DNA of 64,000 bases from NCBI GenBank assembly GCA_015059285.1, contig SVAS01000001.1, positions 68,217 through 132,216 on the forward strand, given 5' to 3'. The notes beneath the pieces were generated by a model, which saw nothing but the letters and a program-made list of their open reading frames with translations, did not search any database and was not told the origin of the DNA. This document shows, piece after piece, positions 19,004 to 27,989 of the stretch (position 1 is the stretch's first letter; each line of letters begins with the position of its first letter). A program made the position numbers and the translations under genes. The stretch comes from Bacillota bacterium. GTDB lineage: Bacteria > Bacillota_I > Bacilli_A > RF39 > UBA660.

Positions 19004-19708
19004 GTGATTTTTTTGTTTAAAAAAATATTGAAGTTATTATTTAAAGATTTTTATTTGTTTTCTGCGGCTTATTCTAATAATCTTTTTCCAGAACCTTTGA
19101 CAAAAGAAGAAGAGAATGAATGTGTTAAAAAAGCTAAATTAGGAGATAGTGAGGCTAGGAACAAACTTATTGAACACAATTTAAGATTAGTCGCTCATAT
19201 TGTAAAAAAATATGATCATAAAAAAGAAGAAATTGATGATTTGATTAGTATAGGAACTGTAGGTTTAATAAAGGGAGTTGATAGTTATTCTTATAAACAT
19301 GGAACCCGTATTACAACGTACTGTGCTAGGTGTATTGAAAATGAAATATTAATGTATTATCGTAGTGATAAAAAAAATAATAAAAATATAAGTATAAATG
19401 AATCTATTGGTTTTGATAAAGATGGTAATGAAATAACTTTTTTAGATATATTAAAAACACCAAAACCAGATTTCGCATTAGATATTCATAAGCAGAATAA
19501 TATAGAAGCTTTAAAAGAGTATTTTAATGTTTTAAATGAAAGAGAAAAAGAAATTATTATTAAAAGATATGGACTTAATAATGAAGATGAAAAAACACAA
19601 AAAGAAATAGCTTCAGATTTGGGTATTTCTAGAAGTTATGTATCGCGTATTGAAAAAAGAGCTTTAACTAAAATGCTTAAAGAATTTATAAAAAACAAAG
19701 ATAATTAA
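19004..19708 (+). CDS. sigK: sporulation-type sigma factor with pro-sequence (SigK-like, SigE/SigK family)
   Basis: LFPEPLTKEEE...NKLIEHNLRLVAHIVKKY...LISIGTVGLIKGVDSY...CIENEILMYYR closely matches B. subtilis pro-sigma K; the start may be TTG at 19013 rather than GTG at 19004. Confidence 0.75.
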   Translation: MIFLFKKILKLLFKDFYLFSAAYSNNLFPEPLTKEEENECVKKAKLGDSEARNKLIEHNLRLVAHIVKKYDHKKEEIDDLISIGTVGLIKGVDSYSYKHGTRITTYCARCIENEILMYYRSDKKNNKNISINESIGFDKDGNEITFLDILKTPKPDFALDIHKQNNIEALKEYFNVLNEREKEIIIKRYGLNNEDEKTQKEIASDLGISRSYVSRIEKRALTKMLKEFIKNKDN

Positions 19709-19753
19709 AAGTATAAATTTTTGTTAATTGTGAATAATAAAAATGGTGATAAT

Positions 19754-20302
19754 ATGTCAAGATGTTTAATTGTAGTAGGATCTAGAAGAGATGGTAACTC
19801 TTTAAAACTTGGTAAAAAAATAAAAGAAGAATTAAAAAAAGAAAGAATAATAAGCAATATAATTGTGCCTGGTAATCAAAAAATATATGTGTGTACTGGT
19901 TGTATGGATTGTGACCAAAATGGTGTTTGTGATTTTTATGATGATATGATTTCTAATATAGATAAAGTAAATAAAGCAGATACAATTATTTTTATAACTC
20001 CAACTAGATGGAATTTACTTTCAGGTGATATTAAAATATTTATGGATAGATTAAATCCATTATATGTTCCTAAAAAATTAGAAAATAAAAAAGCAATAGC
20101 AATTGCTATAGGAAGTTCATCTAAAGAAAATTTTAGTACAAATGGAGCTCTTAGTTCTATAGATAGTTTTTGTGAAAATGCTAAAATGAAATTAATATTA
20201 AAATATCAGTTTAATAATTGTTTAGATAGTGATGATATTTTAAGTAAAACAGAAGATATTAATAAAATGTTAAACGAAATAAAGAAAAAATTAAAAAACT
20301 AG
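19754..20302 (+). CDS. flavodoxin-like NADPH-dependent FMN reductase / iron-sulfur flavoprotein family
   Basis: MSRCLIVVGSRRDGNS flavodoxin-like fold N-terminus; GGTGA RBS; ATG at 19754 preferred. Confidence 0.55.
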   Translation: MSRCLIVVGSRRDGNSLKLGKKIKEELKKERIISNIIVPGNQKIYVCTGCMDCDQNGVCDFYDDMISNIDKVNKADTIIFITPTRWNLLSGDIKIFMDRLNPLYVPKKLENKKAIAIAIGSSSKENFSTNGALSSIDSFCENAKMKLILKYQFNNCLDSDDILSKTEDINKMLNEIKKKLKN

Positions 20303-20317
20303 ATATTTATTTTTTAA

Positions 20318-20343
20318 GAAAAGAAGATATCTTCTTTTTTTTG
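20318..20343 (+). terminator. rho-independent terminator
   Basis: aagaagatatcttctt hairpin plus T8. Confidence 0.7.
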
Positions 20344-20379
20344 TTACTAAAATATGGTAAAATATATTTGGTGATTTAA

Positions 20380-21156
20380 ATGGATAATATTCAAAAATTA
20401 ACAGAATCATTTCAAGCTAATACAAAGATTGATGAAAATACTAAAGGAAACTTAGAATACTTAATAAGTGTTTTTCAAAAACGTTTTCCAAGCGTATCTT
20501 TAGATAATTTTTGTGAAAGATTAAAAACATTGCAAGTTGTACGTGGTAGTAAATATGTATTTGAAGAAGCTACTCAATATAATCCTAAAGATAATACCAT
20601 CGTAATTAATCAAGGATTATTACAACAAGAAAAAGTTGATGCACGTCATAGTATGATGAAAACTTTATTATCAATTATAACTGCTAAAGATTTGAGTTAT
20701 GGTTTTGCAACTAATAGAAGTTTAGAAGCTTTAAATGTAGGTTTTTGTGAAATCGTTGCAAATAACTTAGTTGGTAATGAAGGTGAGAGTAGTTATGAAG
20801 ATGAACAAATACTTGTAAATTCTATAGGTAGTTCTATTGGTTTAGAACCATTTATTGATGCGTTTTTCACTAATAATTCAGATTTACTTATAACAAAATT
20901 ATTTGCAAGATGTGGATCTTCTGTAGCTTTAGATAAATTTTTAAGTCAAGCAAACCATAATATGCATACAAGAAAGCAAATGGGTACTAGTAGATTATTT
21001 GCTTTACAACAAGATGCTTATTTAATGTTTGGTTCAGGTTATGATTTTATAATGAATAAAAGAACAATGGAAGAAACAATAGGTTTAAAATATCCAGAAA
21101 GTGAAAAATTAGAACAATTATCCAAAACAGATTTAGTTGAAACAATGAAAAGGTGA
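20380..21156 (+). CDS. hypothetical protein (258 aa)
   Basis: ORF immediately upstream of gltX with 4-nt spacing; no motif recognised. Confidence 0.4.
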   Translation: MDNIQKLTESFQANTKIDENTKGNLEYLISVFQKRFPSVSLDNFCERLKTLQVVRGSKYVFEEATQYNPKDNTIVINQGLLQQEKVDARHSMMKTLLSIITAKDLSYGFATNRSLEALNVGFCEIVANNLVGNEGESSYEDEQILVNSIGSSIGLEPFIDAFFTNNSDLLITKLFARCGSSVALDKFLSQANHNMHTRKQMGTSRLFALQQDAYLMFGSGYDFIMNKRTMEETIGLKYPESEKLEQLSKTDLVETMKR

Positions 21157-21160
21157 TAAA

Positions 21161-22585
21161 ATGAAAGTAAGAACAAGATTTGCACCAAGTCCTACAGGAT
21201 TTATGCATATAGGTAATTTAAGAACAGCTATATTTGAATACTTAATTGCTAAAAAAAATGATGGTGACTTTATTTTGAGAATTGAAGATACTGATCAAAC
21301 TCGTAAAGTAGATGGCGCTATTGATTTTATTTATAAAACATTAGAATTATGTAATTTTAAAATAGATGAAGGACCTAATAATGAAGGTAGTGTTGGTCCT
21401 TATATTCAAAGTGAAAGAAAAGATTTATATCGTAAATATGCTATGGAATTAGTTGATAAAGGTGCAGCGTACTTCTGCTTCTGTACCGAAGAAGATTTAG
21501 ACCTCATGAGAAAAGAAGCAGACGAAAAGAAAATAGCATTTTTATATGATGGTAGATGTAGCCATTTAACAAAAGAAGAAATAGAACAAAAAATTAATAA
21601 TGGTGAAAAATATGTTATAAGACAAAAAATGCCAAAAGAAGGAACAACTACAGTAAATGATTTAGTTTATGGCAATGTAGTAATAGAAAATAAAATATTA
21701 GATGATCAAATTCTTCTTAAATCTGACGGTTATCCAACTTATAACTTTGCTAATGTAGTAGATGATCATTTAATGAAAATAACTCATGTTATAAGAGGTC
21801 ATGAATATTTAGATCAAACAGCTAAATATAATTTACTTTATGAAGCATTTGGTTGGGAAGCACCAACTTATATCCATGTTGCTATGGTACTTGGAGAAGA
21901 TGGTACTAAGCTTTCTAAGCGTAATGGGGATGCATCATTTATGGATTTATATAATGATGGATACTTGCCAGAAGCAATCGTTAATTATTTAGTATTATTA
22001 GGATGGAGTCCAAGTACTAATCAAGAATTATTTACAATGGAAGAACTAATTAAAGAATTTGATCCAAGTAGAATTAGTAAATCTTCTAGTCAATACGATG
22101 TTAAAAAATTAAATTGGATGAATTCACATTATATAAAAAAATTAGATATAGATGCTTTATTAAAAATAACATTACCTCATTTAAAAGAAACTTACGATTT
22201 ATCTAATAAATCAGATGAATGGATAAAACACTTAGTATCTATTTATAAAGACCATATTAGTTATGGTAAAGAAATAGTAGCATGTACTGAACTTTTCTTT
22301 AAAGATGAAATTGATATTACAGGAGAAGCTTTAGAATTTATGAATGATGAAACTATTCCAAATACATTAAAAGTATTTAAAGAAGAAATAGAAAATATTA
22401 ATGATTGGACTGTAGAGAATATAAGTAATGCAATTAATAGTACTAAAGAAAAAGCAAATGCTAAAGGTAAGATGTTGTATATGCCGATAAGAATTAAAGT
22501 TAGTGGTATTATGCATGGGCCAGAACTTCCAGATACTATTTATTTACTAGGTAAAGAAACAATTCTTAATCGCTTAAGTAAATAA
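21161..22585 (+). CDS. gltX: glutamyl-tRNA synthetase
   Basis: RFAPSPTGFMHIGNLRTA (HIGH motif), KLSKRNG (KMSKS motif). Confidence 0.95.
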   Translation: MKVRTRFAPSPTGFMHIGNLRTAIFEYLIAKKNDGDFILRIEDTDQTRKVDGAIDFIYKTLELCNFKIDEGPNNEGSVGPYIQSERKDLYRKYAMELVDKGAAYFCFCTEEDLDLMRKEADEKKIAFLYDGRCSHLTKEEIEQKINNGEKYVIRQKMPKEGTTTVNDLVYGNVVIENKILDDQILLKSDGYPTYNFANVVDDHLMKITHVIRGHEYLDQTAKYNLLYEAFGWEAPTYIHVAMVLGEDGTKLSKRNGDASFMDLYNDGYLPEAIVNYLVLLGWSPSTNQELFTMEELIKEFDPSRISKSSSQYDVKKLNWMNSHYIKKLDIDALLKITLPHLKETYDLSNKSDEWIKHLVSIYKDHISYGKEIVACTELFFKDEIDITGEALEFMNDETIPNTLKVFKEEIENINDWTVENISNAINSTKEKANAKGKMLYMPIRIKVSGIMHGPELPDTIYLLGKETILNRLSK

Positions 22586-22692
22586 TTTACAAAAATAAAA
22601 TAATGTGCTAAAATGTATATAGATGAAGTTATCTTCATAAAATAAAAAAGGAATACTTAACTTCGCTTGTTGGGTATCTACCTAAAATTGGT

Positions 22693-22735
22693 GAGACACT
22701 TTATTACGAAAGTAATTGGGTGTCTATTTCTTTAT
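22693..22735 (+). terminator. probable gltX terminator, overlapping the 3' end of a convergent small ORF
   Basis: gagacac...gtgtct stem with nested hairpin, followed by atttctttat. Confidence 0.45.
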
Positions 22736-22813
22736 AATTAAAACTAACAATGTAATAATTAGTAAAGTGATAATAAAAAGAAGTATGAATACAAGTAAGT
22801 CTTGTTTTCTCAT
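22724..22813 (-). CDS. 29-aa hydrophobic peptide, candidate type I toxin (MRKQDLLVFILLFIITLLIITLLVLIIKK)
   Basis: Strong AGGAGGT RBS 7 nt upstream of ATG; single TM helix with a terminal KK; extended -10 TGGTATAAT on the minus strand at 22878-22886; 14-bp inverted repeats at 22669-22682 and 22843-22856 pair the mRNA 5' and 3' ends. Confidence 0.45.
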   Translation of the reverse strand: MRKQDLLVFILLFIITLLIITLLVLIIKK

Positions 22814-23029
22814 TATTATTACCTCCTCTCTATAAGAGATTTGGTAGACACCCAACAGTTAAATATTTCTAACAACATTATACCACTTGTCTATGTTCAA
22901 GTGAATTAAAATAGTTAATTATTTGTGAAAATATTAAAATACAAATTGGTATTTCAATATTTGTAAAATTGTGTTATAATATAAGCAGTTTAAAGGCAAA
23001 GACGAAGAAGTAGTAATAAAATTAATTAT

Positions 23030-23212
23030 TTAAAGAGAGTTAGTGGTTGGTGAAAACTAATAATAATATTTTATGAATTCATCTTCAGAGCTTTATATAC
23101 TAAATATATAACGGTAACGCGTTACAGTTTTAAGGCAAGTTGATAGACTTGTAAATTAAGGTGGTACCACGTAAACACGTCCTTATTGGATTGTGTTTTT
23201 TTTAATAATTAG
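23030..23212 (+). promoter_or_regulatory. T-box riboswitch leader (Phe specifier UUC) upstream of pheST
   Basis: agagagttagtggttggtgaaaac stem I start, gaaUUCa specifier context, T-box aaggtggtaccacg at 23158-23171, T-run; extended -10 TGTTATAAT at about 22968-22976. Confidence 0.8.
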
Positions 23213-23220
23213 GAGGATTT

Positions 23221-24264
23221 ATGAAAGATTTAGAACAAATTTTAATTGAAGTAAAGGAAAAATTAGAAAGTATTACAGATTTAAATGAACTAAATAATTT
23301 AAAAGTAGAATACTTAGGTAAAAAGGGTAGTATTAGTTTACTTTCTTCTAAAATTGCTACTTTACCAGTAGAAGAAAAGAAAATTTTTGGAGCAGAAATG
23401 AATAAGCTAAAAACAGAAGTAACTACTTTAATAGATGATAAAAGATTATTTTTGGAAAATAAAAAATTAGAAGAAAAATTAAAAAATGAAAAAATAGATG
23501 TTACTTTACCAGCAACCAAAATTCAAGTTGGTTCACCTAATATTTTAGAAAAAATAATTGAAGAAGTAGAAGAAGTATTTATGAGTATGGGTTATGATGT
23601 TGTAGATGGTCCTGAAATAGAAGAAGATCGTTATAATTTTGAACTTTTAAATATCCCTAAGGGACATCCTGCTAGAGATGCACAAGATACTTTCTATATT
23701 AAAGATGAAGAAATTTTATTACGTAGTCAAACTAGTCCAGTACAAGTTAGAACAATGCTAGATGCTGGTGGTGAAGAACCAATCAGAATGATTTGTCCTG
23801 GTAAAACCTATAGAAGAGATGATGATGATGCAACTCATTCACATCAATTTATGCAAATAGAAGGTCTTTTAGTTGATAAAGATATTAGTTTATCTGATTT
23901 AAAAGGAACTTTTGATACGATTGCTAAAAGATTATTTGGTGAAGATTGTGTTACTCGTTTTAGACCAAGTTATTATCAATTTACAGAACCTTCAGTAGAA
24001 ACAGATATTTCATGCTTTAAATGTAAAGGTGAAGGATGTAGTTTATGTAAAAACACTGGATGGATAACTGTATCTGGAGCTGGTATGGTTCATCCTAATG
24101 TTTTAAAAAATTGTGGTTATGATCCAAATATTTGGACAGGGTTTGCCTTTGGTTTTGGTGCTGAAAGACTAGCTATGCTTAAATATGGCATTAATGACAT
24201 AAGAACATTTTATAATACAGACTTAAGAGAACTTAAAGAATTTGATAGAAAGGATTGTGAATAA
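23221..24264 (+). CDS. pheS: phenylalanyl-tRNA synthetase alpha subunit
   Basis: class II motifs, FRPSYYQFTEPS, GFAFGFGAERLAML. Confidence 0.95.
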   Translation: MKDLEQILIEVKEKLESITDLNELNNLKVEYLGKKGSISLLSSKIATLPVEEKKIFGAEMNKLKTEVTTLIDDKRLFLENKKLEEKLKNEKIDVTLPATKIQVGSPNILEKIIEEVEEVFMSMGYDVVDGPEIEEDRYNFELLNIPKGHPARDAQDTFYIKDEEILLRSQTSPVQVRTMLDAGGEEPIRMICPGKTYRRDDDDATHSHQFMQIEGLLVDKDISLSDLKGTFDTIAKRLFGEDCVTRFRPSYYQFTEPSVETDISCFKCKGEGCSLCKNTGWITVSGAGMVHPNVLKNCGYDPNIWTGFAFGFGAERLAMLKYGINDIRTFYNTDLRELKEFDRKDCE

Positions 24265-24265
24265 T

Positions 24266-26641
24266 ATGATTAGTTTAAATTGGGTAAAAGATTATATTGA
24301 TTTATCTGGTGAAGATTTAAAAGAATTAGCTGTTAAAGTAACTAAAGCAGGCGTTAATGTTGAAAAAGTTATTACTAATCATATTGACAATTTAGTAGTG
24401 GGACATGTACTTGAATGTAGACCACATCCAGATAGTGATCACTTAAATATATGTCAAGTTGATGTTGGAACTGACGTTCGTCAAATTGTTTGTGGAGCAT
24501 CAAACGTTAGAAAAGATTTAAAAGTAATAGTTGCACTTCCTGGTGCTATTCTTCCAGGAAACTTTGAAATTAAGGCAGGACGTATTCGTGGTGAAGAATC
24601 AAATGGTATGATTTGTGCTTTATTTGAATTAGGTTTAGAAGAAAAAACAGAAGAAAATTATAATAAAGGTATAACTGAATTAGAAGAAAATGCTCCAGTT
24701 GGCATAGATGCCTTAGACTATTTAGGATTAGATGACACATTATATGAACTAGATGTTCATAAACATCGTAATAATGATTGTTATTATCATATTGGTTTTG
24801 CTTATGAAATTGGTTCAATTATTGATAAACCAGTAACTTTACCTATTTCTGATTATAGTGAAATAGAAGATAATATTAATAATCATTTTAGTTTAGAAGT
24901 AAATACTGATAAGTGTCCTTACTATTTAGCTAAAATGGTAAAAGATATTAAAATAAAAGAATCTCCTGATTTTATTAAAAAAAGATTAATATCTGCTGGT
25001 ATGAGACCAATTAATAACGTAGTGGATATTTCTAATTATGTAATGTTAGAATATGGTCAACCTATGCATTTTTTTGACAAAGATAAATTAGGAAATAAAA
25101 TAGTTGTAAGAGATGCTTTAGAAAATGAAGAAATTATTACTTTAGATGGTAAAAATAGAGTTTTAAATACAAATGATATTGTTATAACAGATGGAATGAG
25201 GCCTGTTTGTATAGCTGGTGTTATGGGTGGAGAAAATACTGATGTAGATGAATCTACAAAAAATATTTTAATTGAAAGTGCTATTTTTGATGCTGTTAGT
25301 ATTAGATATACAGCTAGTAAACTAAATTTAAAAAGTGAAGCAAGTATTCGCTACGGTAAAGGTTTAAATTATGAATACACTTTAAAAGCTATTAATAGAG
25401 CTTGTCACTTACTTGAAAAATACGCAGATGCTAAAATATTAACTGGTATAGTTACTCATGATAAAGTTGATAAAACACCTAAAGTAGTAGAATTCAAAGC
25501 TAGTGAAGTTAATAAATTATTAGGTATTACTATAACTGATCAAGAGATGGAAAAAGAATTAGATAGATTAGGTTTTGAATATAAACTTGATAAAGATAAA
25601 TTTATAGTTACTATTCCAAATAGAAGATTAGATATGGACCCTAATATTGCTGATATAGCTGAAGAAATAGGAAGACTTTACGGATATCATAATCTAGTTT
25701 CTACACTACCACGTGTAAAAACTAGAAGAGGAGTATATGTAGGAGATGTATTATACCGTAAAGAAGTTTCAAAAAGACTTAGAACATTAGGTTTAAATGA
25801 AGTTAAAACATATACATTAACTTCACCTGAAATGTCTAAATTATTTAAGTATGGTAATTTAGAAAACATTGTTTTACCAAATCCTATGAGCGCTGATAAA
25901 TCAGTTATTAGAACATCTATCTTGCCATCACTTTTAAATGTTTATGACTATAATAAAGCAAGAAATATAAAAGATATTAATATTTATGAAATTAGTAAAG
26001 TATATGATATTAATTATAATGAAGAAATAAAAGTTTCTGCATTAATGAAAGGTAATTATATAACTAATAATTGGAATAATTCAACTATAAAAGTAGATTT
26101 CTATATTGTAAAAGGAATAATTGAAAATATTTTAAATTATTTAGGATTTAAAAATAGATATGAATTTGTAGTAAATGAATTAAATGATATGCATCCAGGC
26201 ATGAGTTCAGAAATATTAGTAGATAGAGAACCAATTGGATTTTTAGGAAGAATTCATCCAACATTAAAAAAAGATGAAATTTATGTATTTGAATTTAGTT
26301 TAACTAAATTAATAAATAAAAAAACAAAACCACTAAAATTCAAAGAAGTATCTAAATATCCAGAAGTTAATAAAGATTTAGCCTTTATTGTTAAAAAAGA
26401 AGTTACAGTAAAAGAAATAATGGATCAAATCAAAAAATCAGGAGGAAGATTACTAACAAATATTGATGTATTTGATGTTTATGTTGGAGAAAATGTAAAA
26501 GAAGATGAAAAATCAATAGCATTCTCACTTACATTCTCAGATCCAACTAAAACATTAAGTGATGAAGAAGTTACTCTTGTATTTGATAAAATTATTAAAG
26601 AAGTTGAAACCAAATTAAATGCTCAATTAAGAAGTAAATAA
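24266..26641 (+). CDS. pheT: phenylalanyl-tRNA synthetase beta subunit
   Basis: N-terminal tRNA-binding domain, B3/B4, B5 and FDX-ACB domains; ATG at 24266 directly after the pheS stop. Confidence 0.9.
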   Translation: MISLNWVKDYIDLSGEDLKELAVKVTKAGVNVEKVITNHIDNLVVGHVLECRPHPDSDHLNICQVDVGTDVRQIVCGASNVRKDLKVIVALPGAILPGNFEIKAGRIRGEESNGMICALFELGLEEKTEENYNKGITELEENAPVGIDALDYLGLDDTLYELDVHKHRNNDCYYHIGFAYEIGSIIDKPVTLPISDYSEIEDNINNHFSLEVNTDKCPYYLAKMVKDIKIKESPDFIKKRLISAGMRPINNVVDISNYVMLEYGQPMHFFDKDKLGNKIVVRDALENEEIITLDGKNRVLNTNDIVITDGMRPVCIAGVMGGENTDVDESTKNILIESAIFDAVSIRYTASKLNLKSEASIRYGKGLNYEYTLKAINRACHLLEKYADAKILTGIVTHDKVDKTPKVVEFKASEVNKLLGITITDQEMEKELDRLGFEYKLDKDKFIVTIPNRRLDMDPNIADIAEEIGRLYGYHNLVSTLPRVKTRRGVYVGDVLYRKEVSKRLRTLGLNEVKTYTLTSPEMSKLFKYGNLENIVLPNPMSADKSVIRTSILPSLLNVYDYNKARNIKDINIYEISKVYDINYNEEIKVSALMKGNYITNNWNNSTIKVDFYIVKGIIENILNYLGFKNRYEFVVNELNDMHPGMSSEILVDREPIGFLGRIHPTLKKDEIYVFEFSLTKLINKKTKPLKFKEVSKYPEVNKDLAFIVKKEVTVKEIMDQIKKSGGRLLTNIDVFDVYVGENVKEDEKSIAFSLTFSDPTKTLSDEEVTLVFDKIIKEVETKLNAQLRSK

Positions 26642-26649
26642 CATATATA

Positions 26650-26679
26650 AAGTCTCTAGATTTTCTAGAGATTTTTTTA
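26650..26679 (+). terminator. pheT terminator
   Basis: tataaagtctctagattttctagagattttttt hairpin plus T-run. Confidence 0.75.
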
Positions 26680-26740
26680 TTTGCAATTTATGTTGTACTT
26701 CTATTCTAAAAAGTAAAAGGATGTATAATAAAACTTGTTA
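26680..26740 (+). promoter_or_regulatory. conserved promoter of pilin-like paralog 2
   Basis: atttatgttgtacttctattctaaaaagtaaaaggaTGTATAATaaaacttgttagaataggagtg is nearly identical to the region upstream of paralog 1. Confidence 0.6.
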
Positions 26741-26756
26741 GAATAGGAGTGGGAAA

Positions 26757-27863
26757 ATGAAGAAAAAAGGTTTCACGTTAATTGAACTATTAGCAGTAAT
26801 AGTAATACTAGCAATAATAGCGCTTATAGCAGTACCAGTAATAATGAATATTATAAGTAGTGCAAGAAAGAGCTCGTTTGAGGATACTGCATATGGAATA
26901 ATTAGTGCCGGTGAATTATACTATGCTGAAAAGTTGCTTGAACCAAATGGAATGACTAGTGATGCAGAATTTACATTTACAAATGGAAGAGTTACTCCAA
27001 CAGGATTAAATGTAAAAGGTTCATTACCAAAAAGTGGTTCAATGGTAGTAACAAAAGAAGGAAAAATAGCAATCGCAATAACTAATGGAGAATTATGTAT
27101 AACAAAAGGATATGATGATAGCAAAATAGAAACATTAGAAGAATTTGAAAGTTGTGACTTACCAGCAAAAAAATTAAGTGAGCTTGTAAAAACAAATGAT
27201 TTTGCGGAAAGTGTAGATGCGTGTGCGACGAGCGGAACATGTTCATCAGGAACGCCATTTGCAATCGAAGTAGCCCCTGGAAATATTCAAAATTTCTATG
27301 TAATCAGTGATGTAAATAATGTAGTAACACTAATTATGGATAGAAACATTGGTAATACAGTGGCTTGGATTACTCAAGGTGATTATAATGACGATGATTC
27401 TTGGGAAGTTTGTTATGAAGAAGGTACTATAGAAGAGTGGTGTGAATATGGAAATAGTAATAAAGGACCAATAACAGCATTAAATTACTTAGAAATACAA
27501 ACATCAGGATGGACAAATATAGAGGCAAAGAATTACACATTAACAGATGATAATACAACACCAAAATACACAATTGAAAGAACAGGAGCTAGAGCAAGAA
27601 TGTTAACCAAAACAGAAGCGTTAGCAGTAGGATGTAGTGGATGGTATGACGGAGATGAAGCTACATGTCCAGACTGGTTATATGGTAATTTAGATGATAA
27701 TGCAGTTCCTTGGGGTTACTGGACAAGTTTTGCTGATGCGGACACTACTCACCTCGTTTGGTTTGTAGAAAATGATGGTTCTATGAACTTAACCGACCCG
27801 GAATATGGCTACTATGATGGCTACTACTATGGTGTGCGCCCAGTTATTGAAGTTTCAAAATAA
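26757..27863 (+). CDS. type IV pilin-like protein paralog 2 (368 aa)
   Basis: MKKKGFTLIELLAVIVILAIIALIAVP; C-terminal motifs TLIMDRNIGNTVAW, NSNKGPITALNYLE, GARARMLTKTE, CPDWLYGNL, YGVRPVIEVSK. Confidence 0.85.
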   Translation: MKKKGFTLIELLAVIVILAIIALIAVPVIMNIISSARKSSFEDTAYGIISAGELYYAEKLLEPNGMTSDAEFTFTNGRVTPTGLNVKGSLPKSGSMVVTKEGKIAIAITNGELCITKGYDDSKIETLEEFESCDLPAKKLSELVKTNDFAESVDACATSGTCSSGTPFAIEVAPGNIQNFYVISDVNNVVTLIMDRNIGNTVAWITQGDYNDDDSWEVCYEEGTIEEWCEYGNSNKGPITALNYLEIQTSGWTNIEAKNYTLTDDNTTPKYTIERTGARARMLTKTEALAVGCSGWYDGDEATCPDWLYGNLDDNAVPWGYWTSFADADTTHLVWFVENDGSMNLTDPEYGYYDGYYYGVRPVIEVSK

Positions 27864-27873
27864 TAAATTTATA

Positions 27874-27904
27874 AAGAATAGTAAAATTTACTATTCTTTT
27901 TTTA
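27874..27904 (+). terminator. terminator after paralog 2
   Basis: agaatagtaaaatttactattct hairpin plus T-run. Confidence 0.75.
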
Positions 27905-27989
27905 TTTAGAAGGAATTTATAAATAAAAGATGTATATTATTAGTAACATATTTTCACAACTCCCTTAATAAAATTATAGGGGTGAGACT

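Noticed and set aside
23202-23519. Minus-strand 105-aa ORF overlapping the pheS start and T-box
   Set aside because: Antisense, Ser/Phe/Lys-rich low-complexity frame. pheS is unambiguous.
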